A DNA stretch of 64,000 nt from Acidiferrobacterales bacterium (GCA_048060695.1 JBGMQT010000002.1:5263-69262); one strand, 5' to 3'; positions 40,403 to 52,010 are shown, counted from the stretch's first letter. The notes: generated by a model from the letters alone, not told the origin. Program-made: numbers and translations.

Positions 40403-42007
40403 ATGCCTAGTTCCCGCATCTCGTTGTTAAAAAGCGCTTTAATCGCGGCCCTCCTTTTGCTGGCGAATCCATTCCTGTCGATCGCGGTGGGCGCCGAAAC
40501 TGCTGAACAGGCCTACCAGCGTGGCCTTGTCCACCAGAAAACACGCCAGACAAAACAGGCTATTTTGGCCTATCAGGCGGCAATCAATCTGGACCCTGGT
40601 TATGAGGCCGCGCATTATGAGATCGGCTGGAGCTACTGGGTACTGGAGAGATGGCAGGAGGTGGTCACCCACTGGAATCAGGCAAAGAAACTGGGCGCTA
40701 CGGGCCCCGATTTCTCACGCTACCTGGAAGAAGCGCGAAACAATCTTGAGGGCAAACTCGAACCGCTGGTGCGAGCCAGGATAGGAAGCCGGGCCGATAT
40801 AAAACTGCCAGATGGTTCGCCCTATTCTATCGAGCTCGTTGCACGTTTTCAGCACTACAACCCGCGTCCTACCCATGATGCAGATAAATTCGATCGCTAT
40901 GTATTCTCGCCCAAGTCGGTCAGGTTTCTACCCGACGGTAGCAAAGTCTACGTCAACGCACTGGAAGGATTTACCACGATTATTTATGACCCCCAACGTC
41001 TGAGACGGAGCGGGCTGATTGTTCATCGGTTCGAGGAACGTGACCAGAAATTATTCAGACTTAATAACGATGAAACACCCTGGCTCGCCTTCCCTGATAC
41101 TGCACCGGCGAATCCAGATATTTTTTCCGGTAAACCGGTGGAATCAGCGCTCGGTGCAGACGGTCGGTACCTTTGGGTTCCCTATTATCGAAGAGACTTT
41201 GACCGCTACAGCACCATGCCATCCGCGGTGGCCATAATTGATGTCACTACCGATCGCATTGTCCGCGTCATGCCCACCGGCCCCATCCCGAAATACGTCG
41301 TCGGCTCAGCCGAAGGCAACTGGATGGCAGTCATCCACTGGGGTGACAACACCATCGGTTTGATAGATACCCGCAGTCGCTTACCAGCCGATTATCGACT
41401 GGGTAAGCTCATCACCGTAGGCAAGCGAATAGCGCTCAACAATGTTGACAGCAAAGATCGTGACCATGGCTGTGGATTTTGCTTACGAGGTGCCGTTTTC
41501 ACCCGCGACGGAAGATATTTACTGGTCGCCCGAATGGGGGGTGGCGGAATTGCGGTAATTAATGTCCAGACCCAACGATACATCGGCACCGTACGTGGCA
41601 TGCGCCAGACGCCGCGGCATCTGGTGTTATCCCCGGATGGCGATACGCTGTATCTGAGTTCAAGTTTTTCAGGTTATGTATCGGCTTACCGCGTGAATGA
41701 TTTAGTTGCCGCGGCGCGGCGCCGGCTACCCAGCCTTGCGCCGCTTCGGGAAACCCGCACCGGTTCGGCAACAAGAACGATTGCCATCAGCCCTGATGGC
41801 AAGTTTATTTATGCGGCAGTAAATAAGGAAAATAAAATAGTCGTACTTGCAGCCAAAACACTAACACCACTCGTTAGCCTTCCGGCAGATTCCTATCCTG
41901 TTGGTATGGCGGTGTCACCCGACGGCAGTCAACTATGGGTGACGGCACAGGGAAGAAAGCAACGTGGAGGAAATTCAGTTATGGTTTACCGAATCAGGAC
42001 CCGATAA
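40403..42007 (+). CDS. Secreted TPR + beta-propeller (YVTN/YncE-like repeat) protein, function unknown
   Basis: 534 aa with a signal peptide (ALLLLANPFLSIAVG-AE) and a TPR-like N-terminal region (AILAYQAAINLDPGYEAAHYEIGWSYW). It has repeated PDG(S/D/K)xxY(V/L) propeller blades (FLPDGSKVYV, LSPDGDTLYL, ISPDGKFIYA, VSPDGSQLWV). Confidence 0.75.
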   Translation: MPSSRISLLKSALIAALLLLANPFLSIAVGAETAEQAYQRGLVHQKTRQTKQAILAYQAAINLDPGYEAAHYEIGWSYWVLERWQEVVTHWNQAKKLGATGPDFSRYLEEARNNLEGKLEPLVRARIGSRADIKLPDGSPYSIELVARFQHYNPRPTHDADKFDRYVFSPKSVRFLPDGSKVYVNALEGFTTIIYDPQRLRRSGLIVHRFEERDQKLFRLNNDETPWLAFPDTAPANPDIFSGKPVESALGADGRYLWVPYYRRDFDRYSTMPSAVAIIDVTTDRIVRVMPTGPIPKYVVGSAEGNWMAVIHWGDNTIGLIDTRSRLPADYRLGKLITVGKRIALNNVDSKDRDHGCGFCLRGAVFTRDGRYLLVARMGGGGIAVINVQTQRYIGTVRGMRQTPRHLVLSPDGDTLYLSSSFSGYVSAYRVNDLVAAARRRLPSLAPLRETRTGSATRTIAISPDGKFIYAAVNKENKIVVLAAKTLTPLVSLPADSYPVGMAVSPDGSQLWVTAQGRKQRGGNSVMVYRIRTR

Positions 42008-42023
42008 CTTCAAAGCCTGTTCA

Positions 42024-42068
42024 GCACAAACGAAAAAGCTCCCGGTCCGGGAGCTTTTTCGTTTGTGC
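42024..42068. terminator. Bidirectional terminator (22-nt perfect inverted repeat)
   Basis: GCACAAACGAAAAAGCTCCCGG-t-CCGGGAGCTTTTTCGTTTGTGC lies between the convergent TPR-propeller and M23 genes. Confidence 0.85.
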
Positions 42069-42085
42069 TATGTCTGACTGGCAGA

Positions 42086-43036
42086 TTATCTTTTGGCAAC
42101 AACACGTCGTGGGCCCCTGTTGATATAATCCAGCGGGTCGACCTGTTGGCGATCCCGGATGACCTCAAAGTGAAGATGTGGACCCGTTGAGCGACCAGAA
42201 GCGCCTACTTGAGCAACGGCCTGGCCTTTTTTGACCCGGTCACCCACTTTAACGAGAGCTACGTGAGTATGTGCATAACGCGTTACATACCCCTGGCCAT
42301 GGTTAATCTGAACCAACCGACCATATCCTCGCTTCATAGCAGCATAAGTAACCACACCATCACCCATGGCCTTGATGATTGCACCCATCGGGCTGGCGAT
42401 ATCGATACCTTTGTGCATGGATTGTGCCCCAGTAAAGGGATCGGCACGAATTCCAAAATTGGATGAAATCCAGCCTCCATTGAGCGGCCAACCAGACGGT
42501 GTCACCGCCTTTTGCAGCTGACGATCAATTAACAGGGTTTCCAATGCGCTAAGCTGTTCGCTTTGAGTGGTAATTTGCTGATCCAGGCTAGTGAGCGAGG
42601 ACATCACAATTGATGTATTTTGCGCCACGGCAGGACCGGCAGGACCGCCCATTGCCGGCTGTACATTGAAATCAAATTCACGTGCGTCCAGACCTGCCAT
42701 TGTTGTCAAGCGACCACCCAGGGCGTTTAGCCGCAATACCTGCGCCTGTAAATAACCAAGTCGTTGTGCCAATGCGTTCAGATGTGTCTCCGCATTGCGC
42801 CGTGCCTTACCAATAGCGACGCGTTGATTCTGCAGTTCTTGTTGTTGTTGCTGCACCAATCCGGTATCTACAAAATCGCTATGCCGGTCGAGCAGAGATT
42901 TAATCTGAAAAGTGACGCCGCCAAGAATTACGGGTAACACCACGAGACCAATCAGCGCAATTACCAGCACATGTCGATGCGACAAGCTGGCGTGCTTATT
43001 GGTCCCACCTTTATCTGCAACAATTATTATGTTCAT
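42086..43036 (-). CDS. M23 family metallopeptidase with N-terminal TM and coiled coil (EnvC/NlpD-like)
   Basis: 316 aa with the M23 motifs HKGIDIA and GPHLHFEV, and a Gln-rich coiled-coil segment. Confidence 0.88.
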   Translation of the reverse strand: MNIIIVADKGGTNKHASLSHRHVLVIALIGLVVLPVILGGVTFQIKSLLDRHSDFVDTGLVQQQQQELQNQRVAIGKARRNAETHLNALAQRLGYLQAQVLRLNALGGRLTTMAGLDAREFDFNVQPAMGGPAGPAVAQNTSIVMSSLTSLDQQITTQSEQLSALETLLIDRQLQKAVTPSGWPLNGGWISSNFGIRADPFTGAQSMHKGIDIASPMGAIIKAMGDGVVTYAAMKRGYGRLVQINHGQGYVTRYAHTHVALVKVGDRVKKGQAVAQVGASGRSTGPHLHFEVIRDRQQVDPLDYINRGPRRVVAKR

Positions 43037-43100
43037 GCCGCTTGTCTATCTCCTCCACATTTACAACCAGGCGCTTTTTCCGCACCCTCAATCACAATTA

Positions 43101-44024
43101 TTAAACTGCTGCAGCCGCCGTCGTTATTCCGCTGACAAAGGCAATAGGAACATCATCGCTTTCGTCATAGGACACCAGTTCCCAGGCTTCCTGGTCCTGT
43201 AATAACGCACGTAACAGTCGATTGTTCAGATGATGGCCAGACCGGTAGGCGCTGAACTCACCCAATAACGGATGACCCAGCAAATACAGGTCGCCAATCG
43301 CATCCAGAATCTTGTGTTTTACAAACTCGTCTTCGTACCGCAGCCCATCCTCATTCAAGATACGGTAATCATCCATAACAATCGCGTTATCGAAGCCACC
43401 ACCACGAGCATAGCCGTTTTTCTGCATGGTTTCGAGGTCGGACATAAATCCAAACGTCCTGGCACGACTTACTTCTTTCACAAACGAGGTGGTAGAGAAA
43501 TCCATGCTCGCTGTCTTGCCACTGTTTTCGAAAACCGGATGTTTAAAATCGATCGCAAAAGAAACTTTAAAGCCGTCGAACGGTTCAAATACAGCCCATT
43601 TATTTTCGTCTTCGACACTGACGCGTCTCTTGATGCGAAGAAATTTTTTCGCAGCGGGCTGCTCATCAATGCCAGCGGACTGAAGCAGGAAAACAAAAGG
43701 CCCGGCACTGCCGTCCATAATTGGAACCTCAGGGGCCGTCAGCTCAACGATGGCATTATCAATACCGAGTCCGGCAAATGCGGACATCAGGTGCTCGATA
43801 GTGGAAATGCGAACCCCGTCCTTTTCAATTGTCGTTGAAAACCGGGTATCGGTTACATTCCGGGGACAGGCAAGAACATCGATCGCATCCTCCAGATCGA
43901 CGCGACGAAACACTATGCCAGTATCGATGGGCGCAGGCCGCAGTGTCAGATAGATCTTGTTACCCGTGTGCAAGCCAACACCTGTTGCACGGATGGTAGT
44001 TTTTAGTGTTCTTTGTTTAATCAC
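43101..44024 (-). CDS. lpxC: UDP-3-O-acyl-N-acetylglucosamine deacetylase
   Basis: 307 aa beginning [21 protein letters not shown], with STIEHLMSA and a C-terminal HHLNN motif. The start is GTG. Confidence 0.96.
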   Translation of the reverse strand: MIKQRTLKTTIRATGVGLHTGNKIYLTLRPAPIDTGIVFRRVDLEDAIDVLACPRNVTDTRFSTTIEKDGVRISTIEHLMSAFAGLGIDNAIVELTAPEVPIMDGSAGPFVFLLQSAGIDEQPAAKKFLRIKRRVSVEDENKWAVFEPFDGFKVSFAIDFKHPVFENSGKTASMDFSTTSFVKEVSRARTFGFMSDLETMQKNGYARGGGFDNAIVMDDYRILNEDGLRYEDEFVKHKILDAIGDLYLLGHPLLGEFSAYRSGHHLNNRLLRALLQDQEAWELVSYDESDDVPIAFVSGITTAAAAV

Positions 44025-44554
44025 TGTAAATTATTACTTTATTATTCGCGATTTGTTTCTCCCGAGGGAACACTTCCCCTTCCCTTTCTATTCAGGGAAT
44101 TCAATTTCACTGGGGTACCCAAAACCGTTCGGAAAATTCTGCTGGTTTCGAGTCATTAAAAGTCAATTTCTCCTTCTTGTCCAGTAGTTTAGCGATATTC
44201 GCCAACGACCGGCAGCGAGCTACCGATGAACGGCTAGATGGTCCCGGGTTCAAACCCGTGAGCAATTTCCTTGCTGGAAAATTAACTGTAAGAACTATTC
44301 CGCTGCCGCCAGCCGTCCTACTTCAATGCAATGGAGATAAGTTGCTGAATACTATTGATTTATTATCGCGATTTTGGCGCAGGAAAACGATGGGCCCATG
44401 GTGAAAACCGGATTTCCACCACACAAGCATGATAGCGCGCCCTCATTGGGCGGCTCTATAAATAGCGCCTTACTAGCAACGAAGAGAGCGGGGCATCCTT
44501 GCCCCAAAAAGGAGGAGGGCCTGTAACCGGGTACTATGCAGGTCTATCTCGTCT

Positions 44555-45685
44555 CTAATCCGCCTGTTTGCGCAAAAACGCCGGGATGTCGAGATACTCC
44601 ACTGAGTCCTTTCTTTGTTTGGCGCCATCATCACGGCGATTCCGGATAACCGTGGGGGTATCAAGATCCTCGTAATCCGTGGTTCCCGTACCGGTTCGCA
44701 CTACACGATAAGGCTGCTGTTTTTGGGCCTCAGTTCCAAGCCCGGTCGCCACCACCGTAACCCGTAATTCACCGCTCATCTCGGGATCAATGACGGTGCC
44801 CATAACCACAGTCGCGTCTTCGGAAGCGAAGTCCCTTACCGTATTTCCCACTTCCTCAAACTCACCAATCGACATGTCAGGCCCGGCGGTCACGTTCACC
44901 AGAATACCGCGCGCGCCGGAGATGTTGACGTCTTCCAGCAAGGGACTGGATACTGCGGCCATGGCTGCCTCGGTGGCGCGATTTTCACCACTGGCAAGTG
45001 CTGACCCCATCATTGCCATACCCATTTCCGACATCACCGTGCGCACGTCGGCGAAATCAACATTGATCAGGCCAGAACGCGTGATGAGCTCGGCGATTCC
45101 CTGCACCGCACCTTGAAGCACTTCATTGGCTTTACCAAAGGCATCCAGCATGGTGGCGTCTTTGCCCAATACGGTAAGCAACTTCTCGTTGGGAACGGTA
45201 ATAATGGAATCGACATACTCCGCCAATTCCTTGACCCCCTGCTCCGCCACGCCCATTCGCTTGCGGCCTTCGAAAGTAAACGGTTTGGTTACCACCGCCA
45301 CTGTCAATACGCCGAGATCACGTGCCACCTGAGCTACTACGGGTGCGGCGCCAGTACCCGTGCCACCTCCCATTCCGGCTGTAATAAACACCATATCAGC
45401 ACCGTCCAGCACTTCGGCGATACGCTCCCGATCTTCCACGGCTGCCTGCCGACCAATATTGGGATCGGCACCACAACCGAGGCCCTTGGTAAGATTAGCA
45501 CCCAATTGCAAGATTGTGCGTGCCCCCGACTTCGACAACGCCTGAGAGTCGGTATTGGCGTTTATAAACTCAACGCCTTCGATATTTGCATCGACCATGT
45601 GGTCAACGGCATTACCACCGCCGCCTCCCACTCCGATCACCTTGATCACGGCCTGTTGGCCGTAAGTATCCATCAACTCAAACAT
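44555..45685 (-). CDS. ftsZ: Cell division GTPase
   Basis: 376 aa with the tubulin signature [10 protein letters not shown] and the C-terminal conserved peptide DIPAFLRKQ. Confidence 0.98.
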   Translation of the reverse strand: MFELMDTYGQQAVIKVIGVGGGGGNAVDHMVDANIEGVEFINANTDSQALSKSGARTILQLGANLTKGLGCGADPNIGRQAAVEDRERIAEVLDGADMVFITAGMGGGTGTGAAPVVAQVARDLGVLTVAVVTKPFTFEGRKRMGVAEQGVKELAEYVDSIITVPNEKLLTVLGKDATMLDAFGKANEVLQGAVQGIAELITRSGLINVDFADVRTVMSEMGMAMMGSALASGENRATEAAMAAVSSPLLEDVNISGARGILVNVTAGPDMSIGEFEEVGNTVRDFASEDATVVMGTVIDPEMSGELRVTVVATGLGTEAQKQQPYRVVRTGTGTTDYEDLDTPTVIRNRRDDGAKQRKDSVEYLDIPAFLRKQAD

Positions 45686-45734
45686 GACGGCTCCTCCTTT
45701 TGATTGCTTACCCGGTTGTTAAACATAAAAACTC

Positions 45735-46979
45735 CTAGAAATTCCCCTGAAACCAGCTTTTCATTCGCTCCCAGATGCTGGCGATATTCTCGCCCGCCAC
45801 CGATCCCGATTGCGCGAACCCGGTCCCGGCACGATGTTGTGCTCCAAACTGAACCAGCCCTACGCCGGTCGCGTGCATAGGATTTTCCACCACGCCGGTC
45901 AAACCGCTGATGTCTTGTGGCACACCCAGGCGGACGGGCATGTGGAATACTTCCTCTGCCAGCTCCACCATACCCTGCAGTTTTGAACTGCCACCGGTGA
46001 GCACAATGCCGGATCCTACGAGATCCTCGAATCCGCTGCGCCGCAACTCGGCGGCGATCAGCGTGTAAAGTTCGTCAATTCTTGGCTCTATGACTTCTGC
46101 CAGGGTCTGGCGCGCCAGCGTACGCGGCGCACGATCGCCGACACTGGGTACTTCAATGGTTTCGTCGTGCTGCGCCAGTTGTGTCAGCGCGCAACCGTAT
46201 TGCTTCTTGATTTCTTCTGCATACTGCATGGGTGTTCGCAATGCGACAGCAATATCGTTTGTGACCTGATCACCAGCGATAGGGATAACCGCGGTATGGC
46301 GTATGGCGCCGTCGGTAAAGACACAGATATCCGTTGTGCCTCCACCAATGTCCACCAGACACACGCCAAGTTCCTTCTCATCCTCAGTCAATACGGCAAT
46401 ACTGGATGCGAGTTGTTCGAGAATGATGTCGTCAACATCGAGCCCGCAACGGCGTACACATTTGACGATGTTTTGCGCGGCACTCACCGCGCCGGTGACA
46501 ATATGCACCTTGGCTTCAAGGCGTACGCCACACATGCCAATGGGTTCACGTATGCCTTCCTGCTTGTCGATAATGAATTCCTGGGGCAAAATATGAAGCA
46601 CTTTCTGGTCTGCCGGTATTGCCAATGCCCGCGCCGCCTCGATGACGCGTTCAATATCGCCACGACCGACTTCCTTATCCTTGATGGCAACGATTCCGTG
46701 GGAATTGAAACTATTGATGTGGCTACCGGCGATTCCTGCATAAACAGAATTGATCTGGCAACCGGCCATTAACTCTGCTTCTTCAATGGCACGTTGTATG
46801 GATTGCACCGTTGATTCAATGTTCACCACCACTCCCTTTTTCAGGCCTCGCGATGGATGGTGGCCGACACCGATTATTTCTACCTGGCCATCGGCGCCGA
46901 TCTCTCCAACGATCGCGAGCACCTTGGAAGTACCGATATCCAGACCCACTATCAAATTTTCATCATCTTTCTTTGACAT
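45735..46979 (-). CDS. ftsA: Cell division protein FtsA
   Basis: 414 aa with an actin-like fold (VGLDIGTSK, DIGGGTTD). Confidence 0.97.
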   Translation of the reverse strand: MSKKDDENLIVGLDIGTSKVLAIVGEIGADGQVEIIGVGHHPSRGLKKGVVVNIESTVQSIQRAIEEAELMAGCQINSVYAGIAGSHINSFNSHGIVAIKDKEVGRGDIERVIEAARALAIPADQKVLHILPQEFIIDKQEGIREPIGMCGVRLEAKVHIVTGAVSAAQNIVKCVRRCGLDVDDIILEQLASSIAVLTEDEKELGVCLVDIGGGTTDICVFTDGAIRHTAVIPIAGDQVTNDIAVALRTPMQYAEEIKKQYGCALTQLAQHDETIEVPSVGDRAPRTLARQTLAEVIEPRIDELYTLIAAELRRSGFEDLVGSGIVLTGGSSKLQGMVELAEEVFHMPVRLGVPQDISGLTGVVENPMHATGVGLVQFGAQHRAGTGFAQSGSVAGENIASIWERMKSWFQGNF

Positions 46980-46982
46980 ACC

Positions 46983-47747
46983 CTACCTCTCGGTTCTCTG
47001 GCGAGAGAACGTTTTTCGACTATCCATCCAGGCAACGGCCAATCCATTGGCATACCGCAGGTCAACGCGACGGATTCGTCTGTTTGCTTTCAACATAAAC
47101 GGATAGATTTGAATAAACCGCTCAACACGTTCTTCCATCCCCTTCCGGCCAATCACAAGCTCAACGCCATTGTCCAGATAAAGTTTCCACATTCGACGGG
47201 GTGTCAGCTCAAGACGTCTGATCGACAACTCAGCTGTTGCAAGGTGCGTCTGAAATTTTTGATAGAATTCCAGAACCTGTAACTCGCTTCCGGGTGGGCC
47301 CAGCAGTTGCGGCACATCTTTCGGACCGTCACGATTCGGTAACAGTACGGCTGTGCCGCGATCACTAAGCCACGCAGTGTCGCCCCATCGTGCCACAAAA
47401 TTTTGCTCGCTAAATCGCACATGCACGGCGTTGGGCCATCGGCGACTAATCCAGGCACGATCAACCCATGGTAGTGCCTCAACTCGTTCTTTTGCCGCAC
47501 CCAGATCCGCGGTGATAAAACTGCCCGCCAGGTTTGTTAGCGCCGCGGTTTCCAGTTCTTTCTGACTGACTCGTTCGAACGGCCCGGCAAAACTGATTCG
47601 CTTCACCGGGTAGGTCACGGGTCGTAACAACCAGTCAGCGCCGAGCAATGCAACTGCGACAAACACAATGACCCAGAACACGAAAATACCACCGTTAAAC
47701 AGCATGCGGCGTGCGCTCCAGTGCAGTGCGTTATCAGCCAGTTGCAT
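46983..47747 (-). CDS. ftsQ: Cell division protein FtsQ
   Basis: 254 aa with a single TM segment plus POTRA, positioned between ddl and ftsA. Confidence 0.88.
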   Translation of the reverse strand: MQLADNALHWSARRMLFNGGIFVFWVIVFVAVALLGADWLLRPVTYPVKRISFAGPFERVSQKELETAALTNLAGSFITADLGAAKERVEALPWVDRAWISRRWPNAVHVRFSEQNFVARWGDTAWLSDRGTAVLLPNRDGPKDVPQLLGPPGSELQVLEFYQKFQTHLATAELSIRRLELTPRRMWKLYLDNGVELVIGRKGMEERVERFIQIYPFMLKANRRIRRVDLRYANGLAVAWMDSRKTFSRQRTER

Positions 47748-48654
47748 GACTTGACTCCAGTATCCTGACCGTCAATTGTTCAAAATTTATACCGTCAGCC
47801 TTGGCAGCCATCGGTACCAGGCTGTGATCTGTCATGCCCGGGATGGTATTGGTCTCAAGCACAAAGGGTTGTCCATTTTTATCAATCATAAAATCCACAC
47901 GGCCCCAACCATGGCAATCAAGGAGTGTGAAGGTATCAATTGCCAGTTTCCTGATTTTTGTTTCGATTGATTCATCCAGACCGCTGGGACAAAAGTATTG
48001 CGTTGAGTCTGCGAGGTATTTGGCCTCATAGTCATAGATTTCACCGGCAGCTTGAATGCGAATTGCAGGCAATGGTCTATTGCCCAGTACCGCCACTGTC
48101 AGCTCCTGCCCTTCTACCCAGGCCTCCGCCAGCACATCTCTGTCAAACTCGCTTGCCCTGCGCCAGGCTGTATCCATCTCCTCTGGCGAATGGACTTTAA
48201 ACGTACCGTTACTGGATCCCTCGCGGCTGGGTTTTATCACCATGGGAAAACCGAGTTCGCTGGCTACCTGATCCAGATCCAATTCACTTCTCACTAACGC
48301 GAAATCCGGTGTTGGCAACCCGGCCTGGCGCATCAACATTTTGCTGCGCCATTTATCCATGGCCAGCGCAGACGCCAGCACACCGCTTCCGGTGTAAGGG
48401 ATACCCAATACGTCAAGCGCGCCTTGCATCAATCCATCTTCTCCCCAGCGACCGTGCAGGATTATAAAGGCACGGTCATATTGTTCGTCGCGCAAGGTTC
48501 CAAGAACGGAAGGATCTGCATCAACACCATGGGCATCCACACCTTCCTTCTGCAAGGCAGCCAGCACGCGCGCGCCACTCTTAAGCGATACCTCTCTTTC
48601 GGCGGAAGGCCCGCCCATCAATACCGCTACTTTGCCAAACTGATGGTGACTCAT
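47734..48654 (-). CDS. ddl: D-alanine--D-alanine ligase
   Basis: 306 aa with an ATP-grasp fold, beginning KVAVLMGGPSAEREVSL and ending ETNTIPGMT. Confidence 0.96.
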   Translation of the reverse strand: MSHHQFGKVAVLMGGPSAEREVSLKSGARVLAALQKEGVDAHGVDADPSVLGTLRDEQYDRAFIILHGRWGEDGLMQGALDVLGIPYTGSGVLASALAMDKWRSKMLMRQAGLPTPDFALVRSELDLDQVASELGFPMVIKPSREGSSNGTFKVHSPEEMDTAWRRASEFDRDVLAEAWVEGQELTVAVLGNRPLPAIRIQAAGEIYDYEAKYLADSTQYFCPSGLDESIETKIRKLAIDTFTLLDCHGWGRVDFMIDKNGQPFVLETNTIPGMTDHSLVPMAAKADGINFEQLTVRILESSHATG

Positions 48655-49547
48655 AAATCTTCCCCGACAATGCGTACTTCACATTCCAGTTCTACGTCGT
48701 GCTGCAGGCGAACTTCGATTTTAACTTTTTCAATCAGACTCTCTATGTCTGCCGCGGTTGCGCCGCCGGTATTAATTATAAAATTGGCATGGACATCCGA
48801 TACGCAAGCCTTGCCGACACACGTTCCTTTTAGTCCCACGCTATCGACCAAACGGGCGGCATGATCGTTTACCGGATTCTTGAACACGGAACCAGCATTG
48901 GCCGTTTGCACGGGCTGCGAGGCACCTCGCTTGGCCAACAATTGCCTGATCTTCACCCGTGCGTCTTTGCCCACACATTCATCCAGCATGAAGTGTCCCG
49001 CGACAAACCATTCCTGGTTCAGCCCTTTTACCGAGCGATAGGCGATATCAAATTCGGATTTTTCGCGCATCGTAATTTCGCCCTGCCGATTGATGGTTTC
49101 CACCGCCTGAACGACCTGCCAGGTCTCGCCACCGAAAGCGCCCGCGTTCATCGCCAGGGCACCTCCAACGGTGCCGGGAATGCCAGCGAGGAATTCACAA
49201 CCCGTTAAATTATTCTCGGCCGCAAAACGGGCCACCTTGGCACTGGCGACACCAACTTCGGCACGCACCCGGTTGTGATCAACCACGCTTAACTCTTTCA
49301 ATCGACCACTGGCGGCGATGACGGTGCCACGAATACCACCGTCACGAACCAGTAGATTGCTGCCAAGTCCCACCCACAAAACCGGTTCATCCGGTTGTAG
49401 CCGGGAAAGGTACAAGGCCAAATCATCAATATCAGCCGGCTGATAGAAGTTGTCTGCCGGTCCGCCCACGCGCCAGCTGGTATGCTTACTCATGGGTTCA
49501 TTAATCTTCAATGTACCGCGCGATGCATATTGTTCCGCCACGTTCAT
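48651..49547 (-). CDS. murB: UDP-N-acetylenolpyruvoylglucosamine reductase
   Basis: 298 aa with the FAD-binding SWRVGGPA and GLGSNLL motifs. Confidence 0.95.
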   Translation of the reverse strand: MNVAEQYASRGTLKINEPMSKHTSWRVGGPADNFYQPADIDDLALYLSRLQPDEPVLWVGLGSNLLVRDGGIRGTVIAASGRLKELSVVDHNRVRAEVGVASAKVARFAAENNLTGCEFLAGIPGTVGGALAMNAGAFGGETWQVVQAVETINRQGEITMREKSEFDIAYRSVKGLNQEWFVAGHFMLDECVGKDARVKIRQLLAKRGASQPVQTANAGSVFKNPVNDHAARLVDSVGLKGTCVGKACVSDVHANFIINTGGATAADIESLIEKVKIEVRLQHDVELECEVRIVGEDL

Positions 49548-50941
49548 GTTGTCCCTGCCAGTTGTTGCGGCAGGGTAGCCGCAACCTGTCCGATGTTGCC
49601 GGCTCCCAGGGTTAGCAAAAGATCGCCATCCTTTAACATGTTGCCAAGTACAGCGGGTAAGTCATCCACACCTTCCACGAACACCGGATTGGTTAATCCT
49701 CGGGCACGTATCGTGCGACACAATGCTCGACCGTCGGCACCACTAATAACGGACTCGCCCGCGGCATAGACCTCCGTCACTACCAATGGATCCTGGTCAC
49801 TGAACACGGCAGCGAAATCATCTAGCAGATCGTGGGTACGGCTATATCGATGGGGCTGGAACACCACCACCAGGCGACGGTCGGGCCAGCCATTCCGCGC
49901 CGCTTCCAGAGTGACAGCGATTTCTCTCGGATGGTGTGCATAGTCGTCAACAAGCAGTACGCTGCCACCATTCACGACTACCTCACCATTGATCTGGAAA
50001 CGCCTGGCAATGCCGCCAAACTCGTCCAAGGCCTTGACGATGGCGGCATCATCAACGCCCAGTTCATGGGCGACAGCGATGGCTGCCACCGCATTGAGCA
50101 CATTGTGTTTACCCGGCTGATTCAGCGTGACTTGCAGCCACTCCTGTTTGTCATACAGGGACACGGTAAACGACGTTTTGCCAGCCCGTTGCGATATGTT
50201 GCTTGCCCGCAAATCGGCGGTCGGATTCGTACCATAGGTCATAACCGGCTTGTGGATGCTTGGCAGAATTTCACGTACCACCGGATCATCCACACACACA
50301 ATTGCTACCCCGTAGAACGGGATATTGTGAACAAAATCGATAAAGGCCTGCTTCAGCACCGAGAAGTCACCGCCGTAGGTACTCAGGTGGTCTGCGTCGA
50401 TATTGGTAACCACACTCATAAGCGGGTGCAGATGCATGAACGAGGCGTCGCTTTCGTCGGCTTCCGCCACCAGGTATTCACCATGACCGAGACGGGCATT
50501 GGTACCGGCACTGTTAAGACGACCACCAATGACAAAGGTGGGATCGAGCCCGCCTTCAGCCAGTAAACTGGCCACCAGACTGGTGGTGGTGGTTTTTCCG
50601 TGGGTGCCGGCAATCGCAATGCCACGTTGCAATTGCATTAATTCCCCCAACATCTCGGCGCGCGGAATAACCGGGATCTTTTGTGCTATCGCCGCCACGA
50701 CCTCCGGATTTGTTTCGTCCACCGCGGTCGACACAACGACGACATCCATGCCTGCGACGTGGTCATCGCTATGACCGATGTTGATCTTGACTCCCATGCC
50801 GCGCAAACGCCGGGTATTGGTACCCTCGGCAAGATCAGAACCGGAAACGTCAAATTTGAGGTTATGCAACACCTCGGCGATGCCACACATACCGACACCA
50901 CCGATACCGACAAAATGAATTTTCTGCACCCATCTACGCAT
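49544..50941 (-). CDS. murC: UDP-N-acetylmuramate--L-alanine ligase
   Basis: It has the [19 protein letters not shown]-terminus and the GTHGKTTT motif. I set the start to the ATG at 50941 (ATGCGTAG overlap with the murG stop). The track adds 31 residues. Confidence 0.95.
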   Translation of the reverse strand: MRRWVQKIHFVGIGGVGMCGIAEVLHNLKFDVSGSDLAEGTNTRRLRGMGVKINIGHSDDHVAGMDVVVVSTAVDETNPEVVAAIAQKIPVIPRAEMLGELMQLQRGIAIAGTHGKTTTTSLVASLLAEGGLDPTFVIGGRLNSAGTNARLGHGEYLVAEADESDASFMHLHPLMSVVTNIDADHLSTYGGDFSVLKQAFIDFVHNIPFYGVAIVCVDDPVVREILPSIHKPVMTYGTNPTADLRASNISQRAGKTSFTVSLYDKQEWLQVTLNQPGKHNVLNAVAAIAVAHELGVDDAAIVKALDEFGGIARRFQINGEVVVNGGSVLLVDDYAHHPREIAVTLEAARNGWPDRRLVVVFQPHRYSRTHDLLDDFAAVFSDQDPLVVTEVYAAGESVISGADGRALCRTIRARGLTNPVFVEGVDDLPAVLGNMLKDGDLLLTLGAGNIGQVAATLPQQLAGTT

Positions 50942-52010
50942 GGGCGAGTTCCTCGCAAATACGCGCAACGGTAATATCCGCATCGGGCATAGAACTGGCC
51001 CGTGCTTTTTCGGCCATGGTGACAAGGGAATCACGATTTTGATTCAACTCGGAGATTAACTGCTGCAGCCTCGATGGTGTGCAGTCGGACTCGGCAATCA
51101 CCACAGCGGCATTGCGTTCTGCCAGATAACGCGCGTTTACGGTTTGATGGTCGTCGGTAGCATGGGGGAATGGCACCAGGATAGAACCAAGTCCGGCCGC
51201 CGCCAATTCGGCCAGCGTCATCGCCCCCGCCCGACAAACAACAACATCGGCCCACGCGTAGGCCTTTGCCATATCGCCGATAAATGCGTCGATTCGTACC
51301 GTGTTGGCATCGTCTCCGTAAGCGGCCCGCACTTCTTGCTGCCAGCGGTTGCCAGTTTGATGCCACAATTCAGGCCGTTGCGTTGATGGCAATCCGCTCC
51401 AGGCATCTGCCACGACACGATTCAACGACCGCGCGCCCTGGCTGCCACCAAGCATGAGCAAGCGCAAAGGGCCCTGGCGATCTCGCAAGCGTTCTGCGGG
51501 TGGTGCCAAACTGGCGATGTCTTGTCGCACCGGATTGCCGACATGGCTCACGTTTGAACGGGCGCCAAAGGTGTCGGGGAAACCACTCAAAACTCGTGTA
51601 GCCAACCGCGCCAGCCATCGGTTGGTAAAACCGGGAATGGCGTTGGCCTCATGGATTACCAGAGGTTTTCTCAGCAGCCAGGCAACCAGGCCACCGGGGC
51701 CTGCTACAAATCCGCCCATCGACAGCACCACCGATGGTCGGCGCCTGAGAAATATAGTCAAGGCCTGTATCATCGCGATCAACATGCGAAACGGTAACGC
51801 GAGCCAGCCAATGAAACCTTTGCCGCGGAGACCGTGTATGTTGATCCATTCCACGTGAAAACCCTCCGGAGGCACCAACCTGGCTTCCAGGCCATGTCGG
51901 GTCCCCATCCACACCACGTCCACACCGCGGTGGCGCAACACACGTGCAACCGCCAGGCCCGGGTAGACATGCCCACCGGTTCCGCCCGCCATAATGAGTA
52001 CACTAGCCAC
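50934..52010 (-). CDS. murG: Undecaprenyldiphospho-muramoylpentapeptide beta-N-acetylglucosaminyltransferase
   Basis: It carries the [14 protein letters not shown] motif. I set the start to the GTG at 52010 (GTGGCTAG overlap with the ftsW stop, AGAGGTGG SD). The track adds 33 residues. Confidence 0.93.
   Translation of the reverse strand: MASVLIMAGGTGGHVYPGLAVARVLRHRGVDVVWMGTRHGLEARLVPPEGFHVEWINIHGLRGKGFIGWLALPFRMLIAMIQALTIFLRRRPSVVLSMGGFVAGPGGLVAWLLRKPLVIHEANAIPGFTNRWLARLATRVLSGFPDTFGARSNVSHVGNPVRQDIASLAPPAERLRDRQGPLRLLMLGGSQGARSLNRVVADAWSGLPSTQRPELWHQTGNRWQQEVRAAYGDDANTVRIDAFIGDMAKAYAWADVVVCRAGAMTLAELAAAGLGSILVPFPHATDDHQTVNARYLAERNAAVVIAESDCTPSRLQQLISELNQNRDSLVTMAEKARASSMPDADITVARICEELAHA

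Noticed and set aside
44241-44260. A tRNA T-arm-like sequence GGTCCCGGGTTCAAACCCGTG in the ftsZ-lpxC spacer.
   Set aside because: I could not build an acceptor stem, a D-arm or an anticodon arm around it, and the T-stem itself has a mismatch. It is not a tRNA gene; at most it is a fragment or chance similarity.
44490-44510. The GGGGCA-tcct-TGCCCC hairpin after ftsZ, considered as the ftsZ terminator.
   Set aside because: On the ftsZ (minus) transcript the U-run precedes the hairpin, and on the plus strand the hairpin is followed by A5. It is not a canonical intrinsic terminator in either direction.
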